A stretch of 64,000 bases of DNA from Porticoccaceae bacterium (GTDB lineage Bacteria; Pseudomonadota; Gammaproteobacteria; Pseudomonadales; Porticoccaceae), in the NCBI GenBank assembly GCA_023229065.1, contig JALNZZ010000001.1, forward strand, positions 2,516 to 66,515, written 5' to 3'. Below, piece by piece: positions 9,205 through 17,355 of this stretch. The stretch's first letter is position 1. Every line of letters begins with the position of its first letter. The position numbers were made by a program, and so were the translations under genes. The notes under the pieces are model-generated. The model did not search any database, was not told the DNA's origin, and worked only from the letters and a program-made list of their open reading frames with translations.

Positions 9205-10894
9205 GGCTTTTCTCGCAACTGAACAGCACTCGCCCGCTGGCGTGGCGACCGCGGGCAGAGCTGTAGCTGAAGTGTAGGCGGGTGCGTTCCGGCTGCCATT
9301 GCAGCTCCAGCGACACCAGGGCACCGGGGTGAATGATGTGCTGGAACTTGATCGCTTCGAGCCCAGTGAAGGTGTCGAGCCCTGTGAAGTGCTGGCGGGC
9401 GTAGTGGATCGCCCAGTGGGTCTGTACCACACCTGGCAGTACGGGGTTGCCTGGAAAATGGCCGTTGAAGTAGAACAGATTGTCGGGAATGTGTAGATGC
9501 AGCCGGCAGTGGGTGCCAGCGACCAGCTCTTCGCTCTCAAGCAGTATGGGAAAGCGGCTCTGGCGTTCGCTTATGAACAGCTCGGTGAGCGTGTCGACAG
9601 TGGTCTTGCCCTGACTGTTGAGCGGCATCCGCGCTACATAGCGCCAGTAACGCGGCAGAGCCACGGGGTCCACCGGGCCGGCAATGTGGTCGCGCAGCAG
9701 ACCGTTGACTGCTTGCCGGCCGCGATCAATCAGTGCTGCATTGCCTTCCGCAGTGAGCCTGATCACCGCACCGAGGCGGCCCTTGCGCTCTGCCAGTGGC
9801 ACTAGCCGGGCCTCCTGCACCCAGGGGTGGCTGGTCAGAGAGCTTTCCAGGGTGGATAGAGCAATCCGCTTGCCTCCGATCTTGGTGATGCGATCGATGC
9901 GCCCGGCGAGAGTGAAAGTCGTGGATGACAGGATCTGACCTGCATCCGCCGTTGTCAGGGGGCGGTCATGGGCAAGGGCTGGCGAGTGAATGCGCAACTG
10001 GTCCGATTGCTCATGAGAGGTCGCGGGGGGGTGATCTACGGTAATGCCGGGCAGGCACTGCCAGATCGCGGAAGGGTGCCGTCGCCAGGCGACAGCACCT
10101 GTTTCTGTACTGCCGTAAATTTCCGTGATCGATGTGCCGAACAGCTCGAGGCAGCGGATTGCATCGTTCTCCGCCAGAGGGGCTCCGGCGCTGAATACCC
10201 GTGAGATGCGGTTGTGAACGCTGTCCGGGTCCAGATTGTCCGGCAGATGTCGTAGGTGCACCGGACTGCATACCAGGGCTAGATGTTGTTGTCGGGCAAG
10301 ACGCTCGAGGGCCAGGGGGTGATGGACGGTGCGGCTGTGGAACAGCGCTCCCCGAGTGAGGGGCCACAGCAGTCCGAACGGCAGGCCGAACATGTGATGG
10401 TGCGACACCATATTGACCACTAGCGTATTCTGCTCTTGGTTGCCCCACAGGTGGTCGATCAGGGCGAGCTCACTGTCCAGTTGCGCGAGGCTTTTGGGCA
10501 CTGCTTGGGGACTGCCGCTGGAGCCCGAAGTAAACAGGACCAGCGCGGTGTCGCCGGGCAGCTCGGCGGGCAGGGCCGCAGGGTCGAAAACGGTAGCACA
10601 GCTGCCGTCCGAGAGCGGAGCCATCAGTGCGGAGGGGAGATCGCGAAAGCCACTGGCAGAAACCACCGCGACTCTAGCGCTGCGCCACGCGGCCCACAGC
10701 CAGGAGAGAAACTCACAGGGCTCGGGCTGGTGGATGGCGACGGGGCCAGGTGGCAATGTCGCGAGGTGATTTTCACGGCACTGTACTCGATGGCGGAACC
10801 AACCCCAGTCGAGGACGCCTTCAGGGCCTGTCGCTAGAGGTTCGGCGTCAGCCGGGTGCTGGCCAGTGATCAAGGTCGCTAGTGGGCTAGCCAT
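9194..10894 (-). CDS. adenylate-forming (AMP-ligase) enzyme fused to a C-terminal FabZ-like hotdog dehydratase (ApeH+ApeI-like)
   Basis: The N-terminal ~440 aa has LVLFTSGSSGSPQAV (AMP-binding P-loop-like) and EIYGSTETG motifs. The C-terminal ~120 aa carries GHFPGNPVLPGVV (FabZ active-site motif, nt 9431-9460). Confidence 0.8.
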   Translation of the reverse strand: MASPLATLITGQHPADAEPLATGPEGVLDWGWFRHRVQCRENHLATLPPGPVAIHQPEPCEFLSWLWAAWRSARVAVVSASGFRDLPSALMAPLSDGSCATVFDPAALPAELPGDTALVLFTSGSSGSPQAVPKSLAQLDSELALIDHLWGNQEQNTLVVNMVSHHHMFGLPFGLLWPLTRGALFHSRTVHHPLALERLARQQHLALVCSPVHLRHLPDNLDPDSVHNRISRVFSAGAPLAENDAIRCLELFGTSITEIYGSTETGAVAWRRHPSAIWQCLPGITVDHPPATSHEQSDQLRIHSPALAHDRPLTTADAGQILSSTTFTLAGRIDRITKIGGKRIALSTLESSLTSHPWVQEARLVPLAERKGRLGAVIRLTAEGNAALIDRGRQAVNGLLRDHIAGPVDPVALPRYWRYVARMPLNSQGKTTVDTLTELFISERQSRFPILLESEELVAGTHCRLHLHIPDNLFYFNGHFPGNPVLPGVVQTHWAIHYARQHFTGLDTFTGLEAIKFQHIIHPGALVSLELQWQPERTRLHFSYSSARGRHASGRVLFSCEKSHGI

Positions 10895-11450
10895 GAGCGC
10901 CTCGTATCCGGCGGCGTACCAGCCACTCCCCTGCCAGCAGGGCACCCATTAACAGATAAGCAATGAAGCCGTTATAGAGTAGCCACCAGCGCTGGTCACC
11001 AAACACTGTTGCCAGCGCAATGGTGCCGTTGAGAGCGAAAAAGAGCGTCCATACCTGGGTTACCCGGCGGGTGTAACGAACGGCTTCTGACGGCAGATCT
11101 GGCTCTCGCAGTCGCGCTACAAGTTCGATGGCAGAGGGCGGGCGAGCCAGGCTGACGGCAAAGACTGCCAGCAGCACACAGTTGACCAGCACCGGATACA
11201 ACAGCAGACCGAAAGATGAGCCAGTGACCAAGGTAATAGCGGTGGTGCCCAGAGCGGCGGCGACCAGCGCCACCAGGCTTGCCTGGAGCTGCCCAGTGGA
11301 ACGAGCGCTAACCAGACGCCAGCCGACAACAAGTACCAGCAGTAGCGCCAGCCAGCGGGGGTCCAGGTAGCGCAAGCCAATGAACACGGCGGCGGGATAG
11401 AGCAGAAGCAGAGCGCTGCTGGCAAGCCGCCCCCTGGCGCTGTCAGCCAT
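10887..11450 (-). CDS. small polytopic membrane protein (ApeG/COG4648-like)
   Basis: About 187 aa and almost entirely hydrophobic helices. Lies between the ACPs and the adenylase as in APE clusters. Start MADSARGRL was chosen. Confidence 0.6.
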   Translation of the reverse strand: MADSARGRLASSALLLLYPAAVFIGLRYLDPRWLALLLVLVVGWRLVSARSTGQLQASLVALVAAALGTTAITLVTGSSFGLLLYPVLVNCVLLAVFAVSLARPPSAIELVARLREPDLPSEAVRYTRRVTQVWTLFFALNGTIALATVFGDQRWWLLYNGFIAYLLMGALLAGEWLVRRRIRGAHG

Positions 11451-11694
11451 CGCGGAGCAGGCCCTCCACCGCAGTGATGATATCGCCCACGGTGCGGACA
11501 TTCTTGAAATCCTCGGGCGCGATCTTGCGGCCAGTATAGTTTTTGAGTTCCACGATCAGGTCGACGGCGTCAATGCTATCGATATCCAGGTCGTCATAGA
11601 GATGGGCGTCTTCGCTGAGACTGGCCGGGTCCAGCTCGAACATCTCGCTCATCAGGCCGGTGACATGCTGGTAGATTTGCTGGCGTGACTTCAT
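11443..11694 (-). CDS. acyl carrier protein
   Basis: 83 aa, acidic, with the phosphopantetheine-attachment motif DLDIDSIDAVDL. Confidence 0.9.
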   Translation of the reverse strand: MKSRQQIYQHVTGLMSEMFELDPASLSEDAHLYDDLDIDSIDAVDLIVELKNYTGRKIAPEDFKNVRTVGDIITAVEGLLRDG

Positions 11695-11966
11695 GTCGGT
11701 GTTCCTCCTCGCTGACTGGCTACCAGCCGGGCGAGATCGACGATGCTGGCGAAATACTGTTTGACATCGTCGGTCTCGGGGTCGAGCTTGATGCCGTAGC
11801 GCTTTTGTAGGGCCACGCCGATTTCCAGCGCGTCGATGGAGTCCAGGCCCAGCCCATCATTGAACAGGGGTGCCTCGTCGTCGATGTCATCGGGGCCGAT
11901 GTCTTCCAAATCGAGAGTTTCGATGATCATGACCTTGAGTTCATTGTGTAGTGTGTCAGTGCCCAT
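11691..11966 (-). CDS. acyl carrier protein
   Basis: 91 aa, acidic, with the GLGLDSIDALEI attachment motif. ATGA overlap with the second ACP. Confidence 0.9.
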   Translation of the reverse strand: MGTDTLHNELKVMIIETLDLEDIGPDDIDDEAPLFNDGLGLDSIDALEIGVALQKRYGIKLDPETDDVKQYFASIVDLARLVASQRGGTPT

Positions 11967-12732
11967 GGCAGTGGCGTTCCTCGGTAAAAAAATGCTCCAG
12001 ACTGTCAGTAAGGTGCCGTGCGCCGAGGGGCGCGGGACAGTCTAGAAAGGGGGTTATAGCGATGTCGTCCCTGACCGAGAAAGTCATTGCAAACGGTCGC
12101 TCGGGAATATGATACCACCGGTGCTGCTTGCTCAAGGTGGGGGGTGAGCAATGGATGATTACCGGTGTTACCGGCACTTGGCAGCGCACGGCAATGTTGG
12201 CTGCACCGCGCTGCAAGAGAATGGGCGCCCCCTCGCGAGTGCGGGTGCCCTCGGGAAAGATCACCAGCACATCGCCAGCGGCAAGGGAGCTGGCTGCCTG
12301 CTCCAGTAGAGTGCTGCCGCGGTCGTTGGTGATATACCCGGCCAGGGCGATGAAACCGCGCATGGCCGGGTTGTTCAGCAAGCGACTCTTGACGATACAG
12401 TTGGCGTTGGGCAAGAGCGCTACCAGCAGTACCACATCGATCAGGGTGGGATGGTTGGCCAGCACCAATAACCCTTGCCGGTTGAGCTTTTCTATACCGT
12501 TCACCTGCCAGGTCATCACGCCAAGTCCCTGCATCAGGTGGGCAAAGCCACGAAACAGCCAATGTACCAAGCGCCGTGAGCGCCGCTGACGGTCAGCGGC
12601 GGTACCCGGCAGCAGGTAGAGGACGGGTGTTGCCACGAGAGGGACCAGCACCCCGCCCACACCGAACACCACAAAGCAGAAGGCGGTGGCAACCAGGCGC
12701 CAGAGATAGTTCAGGTGCTTCCACGCAGTCAT
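11956..12732 (-). CDS. PlsC-type lysophospholipid/1-acyl-glycerol-3-phosphate acyltransferase (ApeD-like)
   Basis: Starts MTAWKHLNYLWRL with an N-terminal TM segment. Motifs LANHPTLIDV (HX4D) and IFPEGTRT. The ORF-track extension to 12987 was rejected because it lies inside the CLF gene. Confidence 0.8.
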   Translation of the reverse strand: MTAWKHLNYLWRLVATAFCFVVFGVGGVLVPLVATPVLYLLPGTAADRQRRSRRLVHWLFRGFAHLMQGLGVMTWQVNGIEKLNRQGLLVLANHPTLIDVVLLVALLPNANCIVKSRLLNNPAMRGFIALAGYITNDRGSTLLEQAASSLAAGDVLVIFPEGTRTREGAPILLQRGAANIAVRCQVPVTPVIIHCSPPTLSKQHRWYHIPERPFAMTFSVRDDIAITPFLDCPAPLGARHLTDSLEHFFTEERHCHGH

Positions 12733-12733
12733 G

Positions 12734-13438
12734 TCAGTGTTTGGCGATGGTCCAGTGCCCACCGTTATGGGAGGCGCTGAAGGTTTGTTGTGAAGAAGCG
12801 AGAAACTCGATAAAGCGCAGCGCCTGGGGCAGGCTCTCCTTGGGCGCTGTGCAGTCTGCGGCCACTTGGTCGCCGGCGCGGTCGAGGGTGACGGCCAGTC
12901 CAGTGCCGGGACCAACCACGAAACTGGCGGCAAACGGTGCCGCCGGCCAGGTGCAATCGCGCTGGTAGAGCGCCGGCACGGGAGCATCGGCGATCACGCA
13001 GATGACTTGTTCATTGGTTTCTCTCACCAGCCCCGCGGCTTCCAGCAGCACAGGCACCAGACATTCGTCCTGGGCCGCGATACTGGTGATGTTGGCGGTA
13101 AGGCCCCTGTGTATCGATACGATACCGGTGATGGCGTTGTGTACTGACAAGCTGAAGTGCATGGGAGATACCGGTTCACCGCGCGCTAGCTCGCTAAGTA
13201 CACTGAGTGTCCGCTCCAGGTCGCCGTGACGCGAACCGTAGACCACAGGGATGTCAGCGGTATGACGCAGCAGCTCTGCTGCAGTTGCGCGCCCGAGCGT
13301 GTTGAGACGCCGGCGCAACATGGCTGGGATGGCGGACACATCGGGAGTGTCGCTGACGTGCAGCACGGAGCCAGGCACCAGTGGGTGCGCGGGGGTGGTC
13401 CAGCCGGACCAGTTGGAAATAGCAAGCTCAACAGCCAT
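12734..13438 (-). CDS. KS-related protein lacking the active-site Cys (chain-length-factor-like, ApeC-like)
   Basis: 234 aa starting MAVELAISNWSGWTT. First gene of the operon. No ACxSG motif is visible. The assignment comes from position and from remembered beta-ketoacyl synthase N-terminal-like proteins of APE clusters. Confidence 0.55.
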   Translation of the reverse strand: MAVELAISNWSGWTTPAHPLVPGSVLHVSDTPDVSAIPAMLRRRLNTLGRATAAELLRHTADIPVVYGSRHGDLERTLSVLSELARGEPVSPMHFSLSVHNAITGIVSIHRGLTANITSIAAQDECLVPVLLEAAGLVRETNEQVICVIADAPVPALYQRDCTWPAAPFAASFVVGPGTGLAVTLDRAGDQVAADCTAPKESLPQALRFIEFLASSQQTFSASHNGGHWTIAKH

Positions 13439-13823
13439 CCCGGGGCTGGCACCTTCATTGGAAGTGAGGAGGTTGATGCTCAGATTGCAGAGACGGCAAG
13501 GGCCGTTTGCTATCTCTCATCTGACAAGCGGAGTGAAGTCTAGCAGATGCCTGAAGAGGGGCAAGGTTCGCTTTATCGCCCCAGAGTTTGGTTGCAGCAG
13601 ATCTGGCCGAGCGAGTATCGCCGCTCCATCCCGCAATGGACGCCACAGAGTTGTCTGAGACATTGCTTCAATGTCGGATGGAGGACCAGAACGCAGTACT
13701 TGGACAGAGCGCAAAGGATGGATAAACTGCCGGCAACTGCGGCTGTGTCAAGGACCGTCACAGGCCCCTTGGTCATTAAGGGGAGCACAGCTGCTGTTAC
13801 CTAACCGATAGAAGGAGTTTACC

Positions 13824-14261
13824 GTGCATCTCAAGCTTGCCCTCGTTTTTGCCCTCGTGGCCTTGTTCAGCCTGCCCGGTCATGCCCGGGATACCAAGCA
13901 CCTGCTCTCCATTGATGAGGCGATGAGCTCTGCCGACTTTCAGGAAAGGCTCGACCCGAATGTCCGTCTCTATTTTGGTGATACCCCTCACCCACAGCCT
14001 CTCCAGCGGCGCGGTGAATACGTTTCCAACAAGAAGACCAATGCTGTCGGCAAGTCCGATCGCCGCGCCTGTGAGTGGGTGCTGCTGTCCGCCTTGTTGA
14101 GCCTGCAGGAGAGAGCTGTGGCCGAAGGTGGAAACGCAGTGGTCAATATCCGCAGCTACTACAAGAAAAACACCTTCTCCAGCACCACTGAGTACGAATG
14201 TCATACCGGCGCGGTGATTGCCGGGGTGGCCCTCAAGGGGGAGGTGGTCAAGCTGCCCTAG
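13824..14261 (+). CDS. conserved secreted protein of unknown function
   Basis: GTG start 7 nt after a GAAGGAG Shine-Dalgarno. Signal peptide MHLKLALVFALVALFSLPGHA. From memory, homologues are often mislabelled excinuclease ATPase subunit. Confidence 0.6.
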   Translation: MHLKLALVFALVALFSLPGHARDTKHLLSIDEAMSSADFQERLDPNVRLYFGDTPHPQPLQRRGEYVSNKKTNAVGKSDRRACEWVLLSALLSLQERAVAEGGNAVVNIRSYYKKNTFSSTTEYECHTGAVIAGVALKGEVVKLP

Positions 14262-14311
14262 CACTGATCGATTCAGCAGGGCGTGCCTTATCCTTCCGCT
14301 GATACTGTCCT

Positions 14312-14974
14312 GTGACCAGCAGCGCGGCAGCGGTGCTGCTGGCGATCGACGAGGTGCCTGATCGAGTCATCGCCCGTTGGCTTGCCGCTTTGCCTGACTC
14401 GGCACAGACGCGTGCCCATGCGTTTCGCTCAGCCCGTCGTTACCGCCAGTTCGTGGCTGCGCGCCACCTGCTGACCACTCTGCTGCGGGAGCAGCTTGGA
14501 AGCGCAGTAGAAATTGCCGCCAAGCCCGATGGCAGACCTGGCATCGCAGGTGCCGAAGCATACTGCTCCCTTGCCCACAGTGGCAGTGCGGTGATGGCGG
14601 GGTTCAGCCTGCTGGGTCCTGTCGGGGTCGATATCGAGCAACATCGTCCACGAAATTTCGAGCGCCTGGTGATGACCTACTTCCACCCGAGAGAGCAGAA
14701 GGAGTTCGCCGCTCTGGATCGCGACCAGCGAGAGCCCTGGTTCTACCGGCTGTGGACGCGCAAAGAAGCCTGTGCCAAGGCCTTGGGCCAGGGGCTGACA
14801 CTGAAAGCCCTGGCGTCACTGGTGCCAGGCGAGGGTAATCACTTTGCGCTCAGCAGCGGCGTTCGCCAAAACTATAGTTTTGCAGTGGCCCATGGTGGTG
14901 TTGCAGAGGTAGTGCCCAGGGTGGTTTCCCATGAGGGCGCCGCCAGGCTTGCTGGTGAGGAGCCATTTACCTAG
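14312..14974 (+). CDS. Sfp/EntD-type 4-phosphopantetheinyl transferase
   Basis: GVDIEQHR and WTRKEACAKALG motifs. 220 aa. GTG start. Confidence 0.8.
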   Translation: MTSSAAAVLLAIDEVPDRVIARWLAALPDSAQTRAHAFRSARRYRQFVAARHLLTTLLREQLGSAVEIAAKPDGRPGIAGAEAYCSLAHSGSAVMAGFSLLGPVGVDIEQHRPRNFERLVMTYFHPREQKEFAALDRDQREPWFYRLWTRKEACAKALGQGLTLKALASLVPGEGNHFALSSGVRQNYSFAVAHGGVAEVVPRVVSHEGAARLAGEEPFT

Positions 14975-15053
14975 AACTCCGTGAGGCAAGCAGGCGGAGT
15001 TTCCCCTGAGCGGAGAACCTACCGGCTGATGCTATCTGCTAGAATCCGCCCCC

Positions 15054-17210
15054 ATGGACGTAACCACTCTGATCGACTCTCTTAATGCCGCCCAGCGCGA
15101 AGCCGTAACCTGTACCGATAGCCACCTGCTAGTGCTGGCGGGTGCCGGCAGTGGCAAAACCCGGGTGCTGGTGCACCGTATCGCCTGGCTGGCGCGGGTG
15201 GAGGGTATATCGCCCTACTCGATACTGGCGGTGACTTTTACCAATAAGGCGGCCCGGGAGATGCGTGAGCGCATCAACGAGCTGCTCGGTATGTCGCCCC
15301 AGGGTATGTGGGTGGGCACCTTCCACGGCCTGGCGCACCGCTTGCTGAAGGCCCACTGGCACGATGCCGGTCTGCCGGAAAACTTTCAGATCCTCGACTC
15401 CGATGACCAGTTGCGCTTGATCAAGCGTATTTACGCAACTCTCGATATCGACGATGGCCGCTGGCCCGTGCGTCAAGCGCAGTGGTTTATCAACGGACAG
15501 AAAGACGAGGGTTTGCGCGCCCGCCATATTGAGCGCACCAGCGATCCTTTCACACTCACCATGATTCAGGTGTACACCGCCTATGAAGAGGCGTGCCAGC
15601 GCGGCGGGTTGGTAGATTTTGCCGAGTTGCTGCTGCGGGCTCACGAGCTGTGGCTGGAAAAGCCTGAACTGTTGGCTCATTACCAGCAGCGTTTTTCCCA
15701 TATTCTCGTGGATGAGTTTCAGGACACCAACGCCATTCAGTACGCCTGGTTGCGCATGTTGGCGGGCAAGGCGGCTATCGTCACTGCCGTCGGGGACGAC
15801 GACCAGTCCATCTATGGTTGGCGTGGTGCTCGCATCGAGAACATCCAGAACTTCACCAGCCATTTTGAGAATGCCAAAGTGGTGCGCCTGGAGCAAAACT
15901 ATCGCTCCACCGGTACCATCCTCAAGGCGGCCAACGCTGTGATCGCGCGCAACAGCGAGCGGCTGGGCAAAAATCTGTGGACCGAAGCCCACGACGGTGA
16001 GCCGATAGCCCTCTACGCGGCGTTCAACGAGCACGACGAAGCACGTTTTATTGCCGGCCGTATTCAGGATTGGGTAACGCAAGGCAACTTGCGCAGCGAC
16101 TGCGCCATTCTCTACCGCTCCAATGCCCAGTCCCGGGTGCTGGAAGAGGCCTTGCTGCGTGAGCAGGTACCCTATCGTATCTACGGTGGCCAGCGCTTTT
16201 ACGAGCGTCTGGAGATCCGCAACGCCCTGGCTTATCTGCGGTTGGTAGTGAACCGCCGCGATGACGCTGCCTTCGAGCGGGTGGTAAACACCCCTACCCG
16301 GGGCATCGGTGACAAGACGCTCGACGAAGTGCGTCAGCTGGCTCGCGCCGAAGGCCTCGCGCTGTGGGATGCCACCCGCGAGGCGATCCCGCGCCTGCCT
16401 GGGCGGGCCGCCAATGCGCTGCAGCACTTTCTCGACCTGATCGATGGGCTGGCCAGTGGTATTGAAGAGTTGCCTCTCCACGAGCAGGTGGACCATGTGC
16501 TGGAGCGCAGTGGCCTGATCGATTTCCACCGCCGCGAAAAGGGTGAGCGCGGTCAAACACGAGTGGAAAACCTGGAGGAATTGGTCAGCGCCTGTCGCGC
16601 CTATGAGCCAGAGGATCCCGACCTCCCTGCCCTGCCCCAGTTTCTCGCCGAGGCAGCCCTCGATGCGGGAGAGCAGCAGGCTGACAGCCATGAAGATGCG
16701 GTGCAGTTGATGACCCTGCACTCCGCCAAAGGCCTCGAGTTTCCCTTGGTCTTCATCGCGGGTATGGAGGAAAACCTCTTTCCTCACAAGATGTCTGCCG
16801 AGGACCCTGAGCGCCTTGAAGAAGAGCGGCGTCTGGCTTATGTGGGGATCACCCGGGCGATGGAGAAGCTGTACCTGAGCTTTGCCGAGTGTCGCCAGCT
16901 GCACGGTAGCGAAAGCTGGAACGCAGTATCGCGCTTTGTGCGCGACATCCCCGCGGAGTTGGTAGAGGAGGTGCGTCTCGGCAGCGCCGTGTCGCGACCC
17001 ACCAGCTACGCCGCCAAAGGGCCTTTTAGTGCCACGAGCGATGGCGCAGACACAGGCCTGAGACTCGGCCAGCGAGTGATGCACAAGGTCTTCGGTGAGG
17101 GAGTGGTACTCAATATGGAGGGCGGGGGCGCCCATGCCCGGGTCCAGGTCAACTTTAGTGAAGGTGCCAAGTGGCTGGTGTTGCAGTACGCCAATCTGCA
17201 AGCGCTCTAA
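15054..17210 (+). CDS. uvrD: DNA helicase II
   Basis: 718 aa, near-collinear with remembered E. coli UvrD (MDV..LLDSLN..QREAV, LAGAGSGKTRVLVHRIAWL, DEFQDTN, QNYRST, LMTLHSAKGLEF). Confidence 0.95.
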   Translation: MDVTTLIDSLNAAQREAVTCTDSHLLVLAGAGSGKTRVLVHRIAWLARVEGISPYSILAVTFTNKAAREMRERINELLGMSPQGMWVGTFHGLAHRLLKAHWHDAGLPENFQILDSDDQLRLIKRIYATLDIDDGRWPVRQAQWFINGQKDEGLRARHIERTSDPFTLTMIQVYTAYEEACQRGGLVDFAELLLRAHELWLEKPELLAHYQQRFSHILVDEFQDTNAIQYAWLRMLAGKAAIVTAVGDDDQSIYGWRGARIENIQNFTSHFENAKVVRLEQNYRSTGTILKAANAVIARNSERLGKNLWTEAHDGEPIALYAAFNEHDEARFIAGRIQDWVTQGNLRSDCAILYRSNAQSRVLEEALLREQVPYRIYGGQRFYERLEIRNALAYLRLVVNRRDDAAFERVVNTPTRGIGDKTLDEVRQLARAEGLALWDATREAIPRLPGRAANALQHFLDLIDGLASGIEELPLHEQVDHVLERSGLIDFHRREKGERGQTRVENLEELVSACRAYEPEDPDLPALPQFLAEAALDAGEQQADSHEDAVQLMTLHSAKGLEFPLVFIAGMEENLFPHKMSAEDPERLEEERRLAYVGITRAMEKLYLSFAECRQLHGSESWNAVSRFVRDIPAELVEEVRLGSAVSRPTSYAAKGPFSATSDGADTGLRLGQRVMHKVFGEGVVLNMEGGGAHARVQVNFSEGAKWLVLQYANLQAL

Positions 17211-17355
17211 AAACGAAAACCCAAGCTGGGCACCGTCGTCTGCCGCCAATACCCCGATAAGATTGGTGTGACAGTAAGCCGGGGTTGCAGTGTGGTGAGC
17301 TCACTCGCGTATAACTTGAAACTCAGCCCCATGGGCTTTGCTGGGAGAATCCACA

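Noticed and set aside
8443-9540. Long N-terminal extensions offered by the ORF track for several genes. Examples are GT2 to 9540, acyltransferase to 12987, LolA-like to 7201, dehydratase to 1380, trkA to 21975, zur to 42324, serC from 57039 and tsaC from 27139.
   Set aside because: The extensions run through the coding sequence of the upstream gene and give Arg/Pro-rich nonsense. Internal ATG/GTG/TTG starts give canonical N-termini, signal peptides or ATGA-type coupling.
15129-17249. 706-aa stop-free ORF antisense to uvrD. Similar long antisense ORFs occur at 43631-45328 (polA), 51665-53497 (xfp), 53526-54689 (ackA), 58117-59577 (serA), 28220-29482 (hemF/aroE), 25792-26904, 17323-18420 and 20473-21429.
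   Set aside because: These are shadow ORFs, typical of GC-rich coding regions. Their translations are Arg/Gly/Ala/His-rich low-complexity sequence with no motifs, and every one lies fully opposite a gene with unambiguous conserved motifs.
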